From positions 1 to 53,355 of the IMG/VR virus record IMGVR_UViG_3300044858_000223: a DNA stretch of 53,355 nt; one strand, 5' to 3'. The stretch comes from a virus. Its lineage: Duplodnaviria > Caudoviricetes. A program made the translations under genes and the position numbers. The notes beneath the pieces are model-generated. The model saw only the letters and a list, made by a program, of their open reading frames with translations. It had not been told where the DNA came from and searched no databases. Positions 1 through 8,968 of this stretch are shown here, piece by piece (the stretch's first letter is position 1; every line of letters begins with the position of its first letter).

Positions 1-59
1 GACTGGCCGACCGTGGCAAGATGACTATTACAACTGGTACGTGAAACAGGTGAGTAGTC

Positions 60-371
60 ATGACGCCGGAAGCCAAGGTCAAAGCAAAGGTAAAGAAGAT
101 TCTCAATGAAATGGGTGCGTACTACGAAATGCCGATGGGAACTGGTTTCGGGAACTCTGGCGTTCCCGATTTTCTTATTTGCATAGGAGGGTTGTTCTAT
201 GCTATAGAGTGCAAGGCAAACGGTAATAAGCCTACCGCACTTCAGTTAAAACATATCGATGACATTCGCAAAGCGGGTGGCATCGCATTAGTAGTAGATG
301 AAACAAACGTAGAGAACCTACGCAAGGAGCTAAGTCATGTCGAAGTCAAAGCAAGTATTGGAGTTAACTAA
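60..371 (+). CDS. VRR-NUC domain nuclease (Holliday-junction-resolvase-like)
   Basis: PEAKVK...GVPDFL...AIECKANGNKPTALQ...I..AGG matches the PD-(D/E)XK VRR-NUC pattern. Confidence 0.9.
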   Translation: MTPEAKVKAKVKKILNEMGAYYEMPMGTGFGNSGVPDFLICIGGLFYAIECKANGNKPTALQLKHIDDIRKAGGIALVVDETNVENLRKELSHVEVKASIGVN

Positions 372-888
372 TAAGGGATTAACAGCAGGGGAGATTGCTA
401 AGAAACTAAAAACCTCTGCGGCCTATGTATATTTTGTAAGACACGCAGCCAAAAAGAAGTCGAAGGACAAAGCACAATTTAAAAGTCCACGCTCGCGTCT
501 GGTTAATGATTTGTTTGAGATGCGAAAGGCAATGGATGCGGTGGAGAGCAAGCCGACGAAGTTGCTCGTACAACCCCAGTACGAACACGCAGCCATGAAA
601 TTACTCGCTGCCATCGATCCTGCTACTAATCCCCCGACAGGCAGACCAAAGCACAGAATGCAAGCAACCGAAACCGATCTAGTCAATCATCCCCCGCACT
701 ACACAAAAGGCGGCATCGACTTCCTCGACTACGCCGAGGCCAAGGGGCTGACTGAGAACGCCTATCTATTTAATGTTGTTAAGTACATATCCCGAGCGGG
801 TAAGAAGCTAGGGGTAGATCCTGTGCAGGATCTTGAGAAGGCAGAGTTCTACCTCAAGCGTGAGATTGCGCGGAGGAAGAGTGCGTGA
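337..888 (+). CDS. DUF3310 (SaV / T7 gp1.7-like) protein with an N-terminal HTH-like segment
   Basis: C-terminal DLVNHPPHYTKGGI...NVVKYISRAGKK...DLEKAEFYL; N-terminal GLTAGEIAKKLKTSAAYVY. Confidence 0.85.
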   Translation: MSKSKQVLELTNKGLTAGEIAKKLKTSAAYVYFVRHAAKKKSKDKAQFKSPRSRLVNDLFEMRKAMDAVESKPTKLLVQPQYEHAAMKLLAAIDPATNPPTGRPKHRMQATETDLVNHPPHYTKGGIDFLDYAEAKGLTENAYLFNVVKYISRAGKKLGVDPVQDLEKAEFYLKREIARRKSA

Positions 889-1895
889 CCGAGAAAGACT
901 ACCTGCCACAGTACGCCGCAGAGTTAGTGCATGACTTGAAAGTACAAGAGAAGTATTGGCGCTACTCTGCAAATGCTGCACTTAAACGATGGGGTAAAGA
1001 TAATCCCGTATACAAGGAAGAATTTTCCAAGGCCGAAGCATTTGAGATGACCGCAGATATGGTGCGTAATGCAGTACACATTGTGCTGCCATTGAACGGT
1101 CAAGTGTATGTACCCGCGTCTACTAAAATTTATACACCCGAAGAGTGTGAGTCTGCTCACGCTTTGCCACACGTAATAACCACGTTTGAACACGCAGCAG
1201 ACAAGGATTACTTTACGGTGTCTGACGCTGATGAGTATCCAGACGCTATGGTTACTTTGGCCGTGGATTTCAAACAGAATGGTGACGAACCAGAAAAGTA
1301 TACAAACTCAAAACTGCCTGATAGATACCCAGTTGCAATGATGGGCTTCTATCGTTTTAGTAAGTGTCGTAATACTGGTACTAGGTGGGTATTAAACAAT
1401 CACTATATGACTATGTATACGCCGCTTGTATATACCAATGGAGGTACACAACTTGGACTTAGTTGCGTATTTACAAAGGAAGGCTTATACGACAGTGAAC
1501 ACAAACCAACAGTCGGTTGGGATGTAGCGGATGAAATCCATACTAGTTTAAACGGGCACATGGAAACAGTAATCCGAGCCTGTCATGCCATGCGTGTCGG
1601 TGCTGTGTTGGAGGAGCGTGAGGAGAAGTCCTATACACGCAACAGGACACTCCAGAAGAAGGGCGTTGGCGGGTTTGAGTATCACGTGTTGAGACTGCCA
1701 CATGGCACAGTCAGAGAGACGTTGGGTAGTCGATCCGGTAGCGAGCGCGATGCCCCGAGGTATCACTTCAGAAGGGCGCACCTACGTAACTTGTCCAAGG
1801 GAACTCAGACGTTCGTGCGTTCGTGTTTCGTTGGCAATCGTGAGAAGGGTGAGATTCAGAAAGAATACAAACTAGAGAGCGGGGTAGCAGCATGA
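885..1895 (+). CDS. hypothetical phage protein with a C-terminal PRxHxRRxHxR motif
   Basis: 336 aa ORF coupled by a GTGA overlap; PRYHFRRAHLRNL...FVRSCFVG motif recurs in phage proteins of unknown function. Confidence 0.75.
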   Translation: MTEKDYLPQYAAELVHDLKVQEKYWRYSANAALKRWGKDNPVYKEEFSKAEAFEMTADMVRNAVHIVLPLNGQVYVPASTKIYTPEECESAHALPHVITTFEHAADKDYFTVSDADEYPDAMVTLAVDFKQNGDEPEKYTNSKLPDRYPVAMMGFYRFSKCRNTGTRWVLNNHYMTMYTPLVYTNGGTQLGLSCVFTKEGLYDSEHKPTVGWDVADEIHTSLNGHMETVIRACHAMRVGAVLEEREEKSYTRNRTLQKKGVGGFEYHVLRLPHGTVRETLGSRSGSERDAPRYHFRRAHLRNLSKGTQTFVRSCFVGNREKGEIQKEYKLESGVAA

Positions 1896-2008
1896 TTAGG
1901 TGGATTATGGATTGGTGGAAAAGACGTAAGGCAGACATACACAGGGATTGGGCAAGTGTGCCGAACCCAGAATGGGCAGCGAAGCGAGGCGGGAGGGAGT
2001 ATTGGTGA
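1892..2008 (+). CDS. 38 aa hypothetical protein (below the ORF-track cutoff)
   Basis: MIRWIMDWWKRRKADIHRDWASVPNPEWAAKRGGREYW; ATGA and GTGA overlaps with both neighbours. Confidence 0.65.
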   Translation: MIRWIMDWWKRRKADIHRDWASVPNPEWAAKRGGREYW

Positions 2009-2205
2009 ACAGAGAAGACATTATCCGCATGGCGCAAGAAGCAGGATGGACAAGTTGTGCGAATGACATCTACCCGCCGCTTGAGAAGTTTGCCGCCCTC
2101 GTTGCCGCTGAAGAGCGGGAGGCGTGTGCGAAGGTGTGTGATGGATGGCTGCATGCCAATGGAGATGATTGTGCCGCCGCGATTCGGGCGAGGGGTGAGA
2201 CATGA
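2005..2205 (+). CDS. small hypothetical phage protein (EREACAKVC type)
   Basis: GTG start after GGGAG; MNREDIIRMAQEAG...FAALVAAEEREACAKVC...CAAAIRARG. Confidence 0.75.
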   Translation: MNREDIIRMAQEAGWTSCANDIYPPLEKFAALVAAEEREACAKVCDGWLHANGDDCAAAIRARGET

Positions 2206-3380
2206 GCAGATCATTACAAGACATATATCAAACCGGACTCAAACTTCTTGAAGAGAGCAAGTTTGACGAGGCCATTCCGCACTTTGAGACAATCATCGAA
2301 CTGCGACAACTCTTGGCAGGAGCATATATTCAGCGAGGCCGAGCGCATTGGGAAATGCACCGTTGGGACAAGGCTCTGCCAGACTTTGAAACTTGCTTAC
2401 GTATTGACCCAGAAAACCCTGACGCGCAGTGGACGGCAGGGTTAATCAACTTACAACTGGGCAACTTTGAGCGTGGGTGGGAATTTTACGAAAAGCGTTG
2501 GAGCACTCCGACGTTTAAATCACCGCGTCTCAAGACTCGTTTGCCGTCGTGGGAACCTGATAAGGGATACAAGTCTGTGCTTGTTTGGTGTGAGCAAGGT
2601 ATTGGCGACCAGATTCTTTATGGAAGTCTGTTGCGTTCGCTGAGAGAAAATACCAAGAAAGTCACGGTGATGATGGATGTACGTCTCATCGATCTCTTCC
2701 AACGTGCCAATCCAGACATCAAATTCATCCCACATGACAGCAAGGTAAACAATTCCGAGTACGACTCACAGATTCCTATTGGCAGCATCGGTAGACACTT
2801 CATTAAGCAAGTGTCAGACATCGAAGGCTACCGAGACTTTCATTACCTTCGAGAGAACGAAGATCGCGTTCTTAATGTGATGCAGGAACTTGCCATTGAA
2901 CCTCATGAGTTTGTTGTAGGGCTGTCTTGGGCAAGCACCTCTCCGCACATCGACAAGCACAAGAGTGCCCATTTGAAAGACTTTCTTGGTTTGTGGGACA
3001 TTCCAAACATCAAGATTGTGAACCTGCAATACGGCAAGCCCGACTACGACATTGAACCGTTTGAACAAGAAACAGGCAAAGTAATCCGTCAGACCACGGT
3101 CAGTAACTTCTTTGACCTAGAAGGCGTGGCTGCGATCATGTCGGTGTGCGATGCGGTGGTATCTGTATCAAACGCCAACGTGCATATCGCAGGGGCGTTG
3201 GGTAAGCCGACGTACGTACTGGATGCCAACAAGTTGTGGTATTGGAATCACAAGAACGGACGGAACAGTTTGTTCTATCCGAGTGTCAGGCTGTATCCAC
3301 GGGACAACATGAACGCTCCGTGGGATAAACAAGTTGAAGAACTCATAGAGGATTTGAAGAGCCATGCAAAATACCAATGA
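2202..3380 (+). CDS. TPR-repeat plus GT9-like glycosyltransferase
   Basis: N-terminal TPRs, then EQGIGDQI, GLSW, VNLQYG and DAVVSVSNANVHIAGALGKP. Confidence 0.85.
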   Translation: MSRSLQDIYQTGLKLLEESKFDEAIPHFETIIELRQLLAGAYIQRGRAHWEMHRWDKALPDFETCLRIDPENPDAQWTAGLINLQLGNFERGWEFYEKRWSTPTFKSPRLKTRLPSWEPDKGYKSVLVWCEQGIGDQILYGSLLRSLRENTKKVTVMMDVRLIDLFQRANPDIKFIPHDSKVNNSEYDSQIPIGSIGRHFIKQVSDIEGYRDFHYLRENEDRVLNVMQELAIEPHEFVVGLSWASTSPHIDKHKSAHLKDFLGLWDIPNIKIVNLQYGKPDYDIEPFEQETGKVIRQTTVSNFFDLEGVAAIMSVCDAVVSVSNANVHIAGALGKPTYVLDANKLWYWNHKNGRNSLFYPSVRLYPRDNMNAPWDKQVEELIEDLKSHAKYQ

Positions 3381-3615
3381 CGACGACGTTTCCTACCTAG
3401 ACATCAAGCCCGAGGACTGCGTACCGATCCCTGCACAGGAAGAAGTATGGGCGAAGATTGGAGACAATGGGCAACTTGAAGTTATCCGTTGGGACTTGAT
3501 TGAGAAGTATGCGGCTATGTATGACGCCTCCAACGAGAACCGATCACAAACGCAAGTGTTCTGTAAGTTGTTGAAGTTGGTGCGGGACGATACGAGGAAG
3601 CAGTATGACAAGTAA
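3364..3615 (+). CDS. hypothetical protein
   Basis: 83 aa ORF in tight operon packing. Confidence 0.7.
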   Translation: MQNTNDDDVSYLDIKPEDCVPIPAQEEVWAKIGDNGQLEVIRWDLIEKYAAMYDASNENRSQTQVFCKLLKLVRDDTRKQYDK

Positions 3616-3697
3616 GGAAATAATTCTGGCTGAGATCACGTTGTGCGTTTGCAGTTTCTTGCTTGGCTATGCGGTGGCGATGTGGGTAGGTACATGA
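3605..3697 (+). CDS. 30 aa putative single-pass membrane peptide
   Basis: MTSKEIILAEITLCVCSFLLGYAVAMWVGT; fills the gap and has an ATGA overlap with the next gene. Confidence 0.55.
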   Translation: MTSKEIILAEITLCVCSFLLGYAVAMWVGT

Positions 3698-4365
3698 AAG
3701 TCTTTATCGGGTGGGACAGTCGAGAGGACATCGCGTATCAGGTCTGCCGGGAGTCCCTCGCACGTAACTCTTCCATCGAATTGAACATCAAGCCGATTAA
3801 GCAAAGCGATCTGCGCGAGAAGAACTTGTATTGGCGTGAACATGACCCTCTCTCTTCTACCGAGTTTTCTTTCACCCGATTCCTAACGCCGTATCTTGCA
3901 GGATACGAGGGGTGGGCGTTGTTTATGGACTGCGACTTTCTCTGGCGAGGGGATGTGGCGGGTCTGATGGACTACGCCGATCCGAAGTACAGCGTGATGT
4001 GTGTGCAACACAAGTACAAGCCGAAGGAAGAGACGAAGATGGACGGGGCTGCACAGCACCAATACCCAAGAAAGAATTGGTCAAGCCTGATGCTATTCAA
4101 CTGCGCTCACCCTGACACCCAACAAAACCTAACGCCGAAGACGGTGAACATTGCTACGGGTATGTATCTACATCGGTTCAGATGGACAGCAGACGAGAAC
4201 ATCGGTGCGCTGCCTGTGGCCTACAACTACCTAGAGGGTTGGCACACCAAGCAAGACTGTCCGAACCCCGTCGCTGTTCACATGACGCGAGGTGGACCGT
4301 GGTTCAAGGATTGGCAGCACGTTGAATACGCCGACGAGTGGTTGGCGATCGCAAGGGAGATTTAA
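3694..4365 (+). CDS. GT-A fold glycosyltransferase (GT8-like, similar to the plant CDI type)
   Basis: MKVFIGWDSRE..., STEFSFTRFL, DxD motif (MDCDF), YPRKNWSS, HMTRGGPWF; ATG 3694 preferred as start. Confidence 0.85.
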   Translation: MKVFIGWDSREDIAYQVCRESLARNSSIELNIKPIKQSDLREKNLYWREHDPLSSTEFSFTRFLTPYLAGYEGWALFMDCDFLWRGDVAGLMDYADPKYSVMCVQHKYKPKEETKMDGAAQHQYPRKNWSSLMLFNCAHPDTQQNLTPKTVNIATGMYLHRFRWTADENIGALPVAYNYLEGWHTKQDCPNPVAVHMTRGGPWFKDWQHVEYADEWLAIAREI

Positions 4366-4367
4366 AA

Positions 4368-4961
4368 ATGAGTTTCTATACTTTTTCACCATGTCCTTCA
4401 ACGCAACAATTTTACGTTACATGGGAAAATGGATTTAATAGTGATCAAATTCAAAAAATTATTGAAATTGGCGAGTCATTAGAGTTAACAAATGGAACCG
4501 TAAATTCGCTAAAAGAAGGTAAATCTTTAGACAATGTTAGAAAAGTTAAGGTTTCGTGGATAGAACTAAATAATAATACGGGTTGGCTATACGACAACCT
4601 TGCATATATCGCTAGAAATTTAAATGGTCAATTTTTTAATTTTGATTTATCAGGATTTGTAGAGCACTTTCAGTATACAGTTTATACGTCTGATAATAAT
4701 CATTACGATTGGCACGTAGATCATGGTACTAACGAAAAAATTTCTCCAAGAAAACTTTCTCTTGTTTTGCAATTATCCGATCCTAGCGAGTATGAAGGCG
4801 GCGAATTAGAATTAATGATTAGTTCAGAACCGACAAAAATTAAAAAAGAAAAAGGTTTTATATGTTTATTTCCGTCTTGGACTTTGCACCGGGTAACACC
4901 TGTAACAAAAGGCGTTAGAAAAACTTTGGTCGTTTGGATAGCCGGACCTAAATTTAGATGA
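4368..4961 (+). CDS. 2OG-Fe(II) oxygenase (PKHD / prolyl-hydroxylase-like)
   Basis: HxD (WHVD), RKLS, YEGGEL, FPSWTLHRVTPV, RKTLVVW; visibly AT-rich. Confidence 0.9.
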   Translation: MSFYTFSPCPSTQQFYVTWENGFNSDQIQKIIEIGESLELTNGTVNSLKEGKSLDNVRKVKVSWIELNNNTGWLYDNLAYIARNLNGQFFNFDLSGFVEHFQYTVYTSDNNHYDWHVDHGTNEKISPRKLSLVLQLSDPSEYEGGELELMISSEPTKIKKEKGFICLFPSWTLHRVTPVTKGVRKTLVVWIAGPKFR

Positions 4962-4976
4962 TAAAGAGCAGATCAA

Positions 4977-5387
4977 ATGCGTAAGAGGTTGAGTGTTTAC
5001 ACGAAGCCGTCAAGGTTCAATCTGGTTCTCTCGCTTGATCAGTACAAGTATTTGTTGGAGCGCAAGAGACGCGCCAAGGAACTCGACGAGCGAGTGACGT
5101 ACAAGGATCTAGTTGAGAAGTGGGGCATCAAGCAGCACCACATGGCTAGTGCCGTGTACCGTGGAATTAAACAGTACGACGACTACATGAAGGAGGAAGA
5201 GCGTGTCAGTAACATACGACGACAAATCGCCTCCGGGCGCATGGAAAGAAGAAATGAAAGCCGCGCCGTGGGGGTACGGACAAACACAGCAGCAACAGAT
5301 AGAACGCGCTTTGCAGAATATTCGCAGAGCGGGGCTGTCCGACGAGGCTACAGTGATTTTATTAGAACTGAATACTTTGAAGACTGA
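4977..5387 (+). CDS. hypothetical protein, possibly HTH-like
   Basis: 136 aa ORF; TYKDLVEKWGIKQHHMASAV resembles an HTH; its 3' part overlaps the next ORF. Confidence 0.6.
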   Translation: MRKRLSVYTKPSRFNLVLSLDQYKYLLERKRRAKELDERVTYKDLVEKWGIKQHHMASAVYRGIKQYDDYMKEEERVSNIRRQIASGRMERRNESRAVGVRTNTAATDRTRFAEYSQSGAVRRGYSDFIRTEYFED

Positions 5388-5418
5388 AGTGGAGTTGTTA
5401 CGTGGAAATAGAAGATGA
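5203..5418 (+). CDS. hypothetical protein
   Basis: GTG start with a strong AAGGAGG SD upstream; 71 aa. Confidence 0.65.
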   Translation: MSVTYDDKSPPGAWKEEMKAAPWGYGQTQQQQIERALQNIRRAGLSDEATVILLELNTLKTEVELLRGNRR

Positions 5419-5608
5419 TATCTTAGACCTGATTCGCGCATTACCTAACGAGGTCAATGACGCATCAACTACTACGGAGATGAAGTTTTTGACGGTGGGC
5501 AGCGTGTTGTGGCAGTGCCACCACGAAATCAAATACTTACGGGCTGAAGTGGAGAGGTTGAAACGTGACGGTAGTGGTAAAAAAGGAAAGAAGATGTACG
5601 GAGTGTAA
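5402..5608 (+). CDS. hypothetical protein
   Basis: GGAG SD, GTG start, C-terminal coiled coil. Confidence 0.65.
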   Translation: MEIEDDILDLIRALPNEVNDASTTTEMKFLTVGSVLWQCHHEIKYLRAEVERLKRDGSGKKGKKMYGV

Positions 5609-5750
5609 GCGTCAATTCGCTACGCCGGAATCGTTCCGATCACATCGATACAAGTTTGGCTCTTGCCGATCAGTTGAAGCCCTTGCAGCGGCAGGGTTTA
5701 TTGAGACAGGCAGGGGGTGGATCTACACAAGGGAATTGGGTGGGAAATGA
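5565..5750 (+). CDS. small zinc-finger protein
   Basis: CTEC...F...SFRSHR...C pattern; GGAGAGG SD. Confidence 0.65.
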   Translation: MTVVVKKERRCTECKRQFATPESFRSHRYKFGSCRSVEALAAAGFIETGRGWIYTRELGGK

Positions 5751-6289
5751 TTTACTCAGGTGCGGGGCCATTGCCTCGACATACATATTGTTTTGTACAG
5801 CCGAACACGTTTGGCAATGACAAGTTTGAGCGCGTGGCTTGGTTTGGCCTAGTCAGTCATCCCGGTAGGACGTGGGGTTGTCATGTGATGTTGGAGTGCG
5901 GTGCGGTCTATCGCAACGTGCCTCTGCATCGCCTTGCCCATGATCAAGTAGAGAATCTGTGGAACACGCATCACGCACAGACTTGGGACTGTTACGGACA
6001 TGACTTCAGCGTTGTGGAGTACCCGTTTCTTGAGGCCGTGCCAGTTAAGGTCAGGCTGCGTAATAAGGAAGAATACAATGGCCGGTATATGTTCACGGCC
6101 ATACCCATGCTCGATGGGTTTAGTCTAGAACCAGAACAGTCCAAAGAGTTCTACTTCATCAAACTAGACAACGGCAGGTTCACGGCGCAGCCGACCAATC
6201 ACGTGTTGATATTGGATAAGTCTTTTAATACGGAAGTCGCATGGCCTAGATTGCAGCGGCAGACCGAGACTTGGAGCGTTGATCCATGA
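5747..6289 (+). CDS. conserved hypothetical phage protein
   Basis: ATGA overlap; GAVYRNVPLH, WDCYG and IKLDNGRFTAQPTN motifs. Confidence 0.75.
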   Translation: MIYSGAGPLPRHTYCFVQPNTFGNDKFERVAWFGLVSHPGRTWGCHVMLECGAVYRNVPLHRLAHDQVENLWNTHHAQTWDCYGHDFSVVEYPFLEAVPVKVRLRNKEEYNGRYMFTAIPMLDGFSLEPEQSKEFYFIKLDNGRFTAQPTNHVLILDKSFNTEVAWPRLQRQTETWSVDP

Positions 6290-8154
6290 GTTTTGTCACG
6301 CTCGACTTTGAAACCTATTACGGCACAGGGTTCAGCCTCAAGAACCTGACCACGGAGGAATACATCCGTGGCGAACAGTTTGAAATTATCGGCGTGGCGA
6401 TGAAGATCGACGACGATGAGACGCAGTGGTTCAGTGGTACGCATGAGGAGATCAAGGCTTGGCTGAACCAAGTAGACTGGAGTACATCAGCCCTGCTCTG
6501 TCATAACGCGCAGTTCGATGGCGGGATTCTCTCGTTCATCTTCGATATCACCGCTGCCTACTACTTCGATACTCTCTGCATGGCGCGAGCCATTCACGGT
6601 GTTGATGCCGGTGGATCATTATCTGCGCTTGTCGAAAGGTACTCGTTGGGTAAGAAAGGTACAGAGGTTAGCAACGCGGCCAACAAGCACCGCAAAGACT
6701 TTACGGCTGAAGAACTTGCTCGGTATGCAGGATATTGCATAAACGATGTTGAACTGACCTTTAAGTTGTTCAATGCGATGATGGCTGAGTATTTCCCGCA
6801 AAAAGAACTAGACCTGATCGACATGACGCTGCGGATGTATACGCAGCCTGTCCTTCGTGTGAACCCCACCCTGCTCCGTGACCGGCTTGACGAGATCAAG
6901 CAGGAGAAGAGCACTTTGTTGCGTGGGCTGATGGACATCCTGCAAGTGGGTGACGAGGAAGAGGTGCGCCGGAAACTAGCGAGCAACCCACAGTTTGCTG
7001 CCGTGTTGAAAGATTTGCAGATAGACGTTCCGATGAAGAAATCTTTAACGACAGGTAAGGAGACGTTTGCTCTCGCCAAGAACGACGTTGGATTCATCGA
7101 ACTTCAGAATCACGAAGACCCAGTCGTGCAGCAACTTTGCGCGGTTCGTTTGGGTACTAAGTCCACGATAGAGGAGTCACGCATTGAGCGATTTATTGGT
7201 ATTGGCTCTCGGAATCGTGGTCGGCTTCCTATCCCGCTTAAATATTATGGCGCTCATACAGGTCGTTGGGCGGGTTCGGATGCGGTTAATTTTCAGAATC
7301 TGCCAAGCCGTGATGCCCAGAAGAAAGCACTGAAGAAGTCGGTCGTAGCTCCCGATGGGCACTTGGTTATTAATTGTGACAGTTCACAGATTGAGGCGCG
7401 TGTGCTGGCGTGGCTTGCAGGTCAGGATGATTTGGTCGGGCAGTTCAAGAAAGGCGAGGACGTGTACAGCGTATTCGCCAGCAAGATCTACGAGCGTCCG
7501 ATCAGTAAGAAAGATCCAGTTGAAAGGTTCGTGGGCAAGACCTGCATTCTTGGCCTTGGTTACGGCACAGGCGCTGCCAAACTACGTCATACATTAAAGA
7601 CGCAGCCGCCCGGTGCTGATCTGGACGAAGACACCTGCAAGGGCATAGTCGATCTATATCGGGATACCAACGACAAGATTCCTAAACTTTGGACTGCGGC
7701 CAACAACGCCGTCAAAGACATCCTCCGATGGGACGATGCTGAGATGATGGAGTATTCGTTGGGCGAGCATGACGCACTGCGTGTGAACCGGATTGGTATC
7801 AAACTCCCTAATGATTTGTATATCCGATACCCCGGCCTACACATGAACGAGGACAACAAGATTGCATACAAGTCCCGCAAAGGTGTGGTGACTCTGTGGG
7901 GTGGGTCGGTTGTTGAGAACGTAGTGCAAGCACTAGCCAGAATTATCGTGGGCGAGCAAATGCTCATGATCAAAGAAAGGTATCGTCCAGTGCTGACTGT
8001 GCATGACGCGGCGGTTGTTGTCGTACCAGAAAACGATATCGAAGAAGCACTTGCGTTCATAACACAAGTAATGTCTACTCCTCCCAAGTGGGCGGTTGGG
8101 CTACCAGTAGCGTGTGAGGCGAAGTATGGAAGATCCTACGGAGACTGTAACTGA
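6286..8154 (+). CDS. polA: DNA polymerase family A with 3'-5' exonuclease domain
   Basis: ExoI LDFETY, HNAQFD, HTGRWAG..NFQN, motif A DSSQIEAR, motif B RFVGKTCILGLGYG, motif C TVHD. Confidence 0.97.
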   Translation: MSFVTLDFETYYGTGFSLKNLTTEEYIRGEQFEIIGVAMKIDDDETQWFSGTHEEIKAWLNQVDWSTSALLCHNAQFDGGILSFIFDITAAYYFDTLCMARAIHGVDAGGSLSALVERYSLGKKGTEVSNAANKHRKDFTAEELARYAGYCINDVELTFKLFNAMMAEYFPQKELDLIDMTLRMYTQPVLRVNPTLLRDRLDEIKQEKSTLLRGLMDILQVGDEEEVRRKLASNPQFAAVLKDLQIDVPMKKSLTTGKETFALAKNDVGFIELQNHEDPVVQQLCAVRLGTKSTIEESRIERFIGIGSRNRGRLPIPLKYYGAHTGRWAGSDAVNFQNLPSRDAQKKALKKSVVAPDGHLVINCDSSQIEARVLAWLAGQDDLVGQFKKGEDVYSVFASKIYERPISKKDPVERFVGKTCILGLGYGTGAAKLRHTLKTQPPGADLDEDTCKGIVDLYRDTNDKIPKLWTAANNAVKDILRWDDAEMMEYSLGEHDALRVNRIGIKLPNDLYIRYPGLHMNEDNKIAYKSRKGVVTLWGGSVVENVVQALARIIVGEQMLMIKERYRPVLTVHDAAVVVVPENDIEEALAFITQVMSTPPKWAVGLPVACEAKYGRSYGDCN

Positions 8155-8314
8155 TGAGGACTGGGACATACCCGACCCTCCCACAGAGATTGAGGCACTG
8201 CGTGAAGAGGTGCGCTCTTTACAGATATTCGTGAAGACGCTTTCTCAGAACTACGCAGGGACATGGCGCGAGGTCGCTGCCATACGTAAGAAGTTACAAG
8301 AGTTGGGGTTGTAG
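8126..8314 (+). CDS. hypothetical protein
   Basis: short acidic/coiled-coil ORF linking polymerase and exonuclease; ATG 8126 after GAGG. Confidence 0.6.
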   Translation: MEDPTETVTDEDWDIPDPPTEIEALREEVRSLQIFVKTLSQNYAGTWREVAAIRKKLQELGL

Positions 8315-8967
8315 TGTTTACGTGGTCATATAGTAGTCTGAAGGAATTCACGAACTGTCCGAAGCAGTATTACCACCTAAAGGTAAAGCAGGACTACGTA
8401 AAGAAGGCCACGGAGCAGATGCTCTACGGAACCGAAGTCCACAAGGCTTTGGAAGATTACGTAAGGGATGGAACTCCGTTAGCTAAGAACTACCAGAGAT
8501 TTCAGGGCCCCTTAGATGCGCTGATGGAAATACAAGGTACACGCTATCCCGAACATAAGATGGCGCTGTCCCATGACAAAGTACCGTGCGACTTTGAGGA
8601 TGAAAAAAGATGGGTGCGCGGCGTTGTTGACCTCTTGATTGTTGACGGTGAATCCGCATACATTGTGGATTACAAGACAGGTAGTAATAAGTACGCTGAC
8701 CCGAAACAGTTGAAGTTGATGGCACTGATGGCCTATGCCCACTTTCCTGACATTGTCAGTATCAAAGCAGGGTTGTTGTTCATCACCAAGAATGTGTTCG
8801 TGCCAGAAGAGTACGAACGTAGCGATATCGGCAGATTGTGGGCAGAGTTCACACCGAGTCTTGAGCGGTTAAGATTGGCGTATGAGAATGACTCATGGCC
8901 TCCGATGCCGACAGGTTTGTGCGGATGGTGTCCAGTAAATACTTGCAGGTTCTACCGGGAGAAATGA
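8314..8967 (+). CDS. PD-(D/E)XK exonuclease (RecB/Cas4-like with Fe-S cysteines)
   Basis: WSYSSL...CPKQY, GTEVH, RGVVDL, IVDYKTG, QL, C-terminal CGWCPVNTC. Confidence 0.92.
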   Translation: MFTWSYSSLKEFTNCPKQYYHLKVKQDYVKKATEQMLYGTEVHKALEDYVRDGTPLAKNYQRFQGPLDALMEIQGTRYPEHKMALSHDKVPCDFEDEKRWVRGVVDLLIVDGESAYIVDYKTGSNKYADPKQLKLMALMAYAHFPDIVSIKAGLLFITKNVFVPEEYERSDIGRLWAEFTPSLERLRLAYENDSWPPMPTGLCGWCPVNTCRFYREK

Positions 8968-8968
8968 A

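Noticed and set aside
3643-5746. Extended N-termini in the ORF track (3643, 4338, 5717; also 1948, 33289, 47072, 52159)
   Set aside because: Downstream starts have better SD or stop-start coupling and match the family N-termini
8314-8967. Cas4-like nuclease as a sign of a CRISPR system
   Set aside because: No repeat-spacer array or other cas genes seen; standalone Cas4-like exonucleases are normal in phage replication modules
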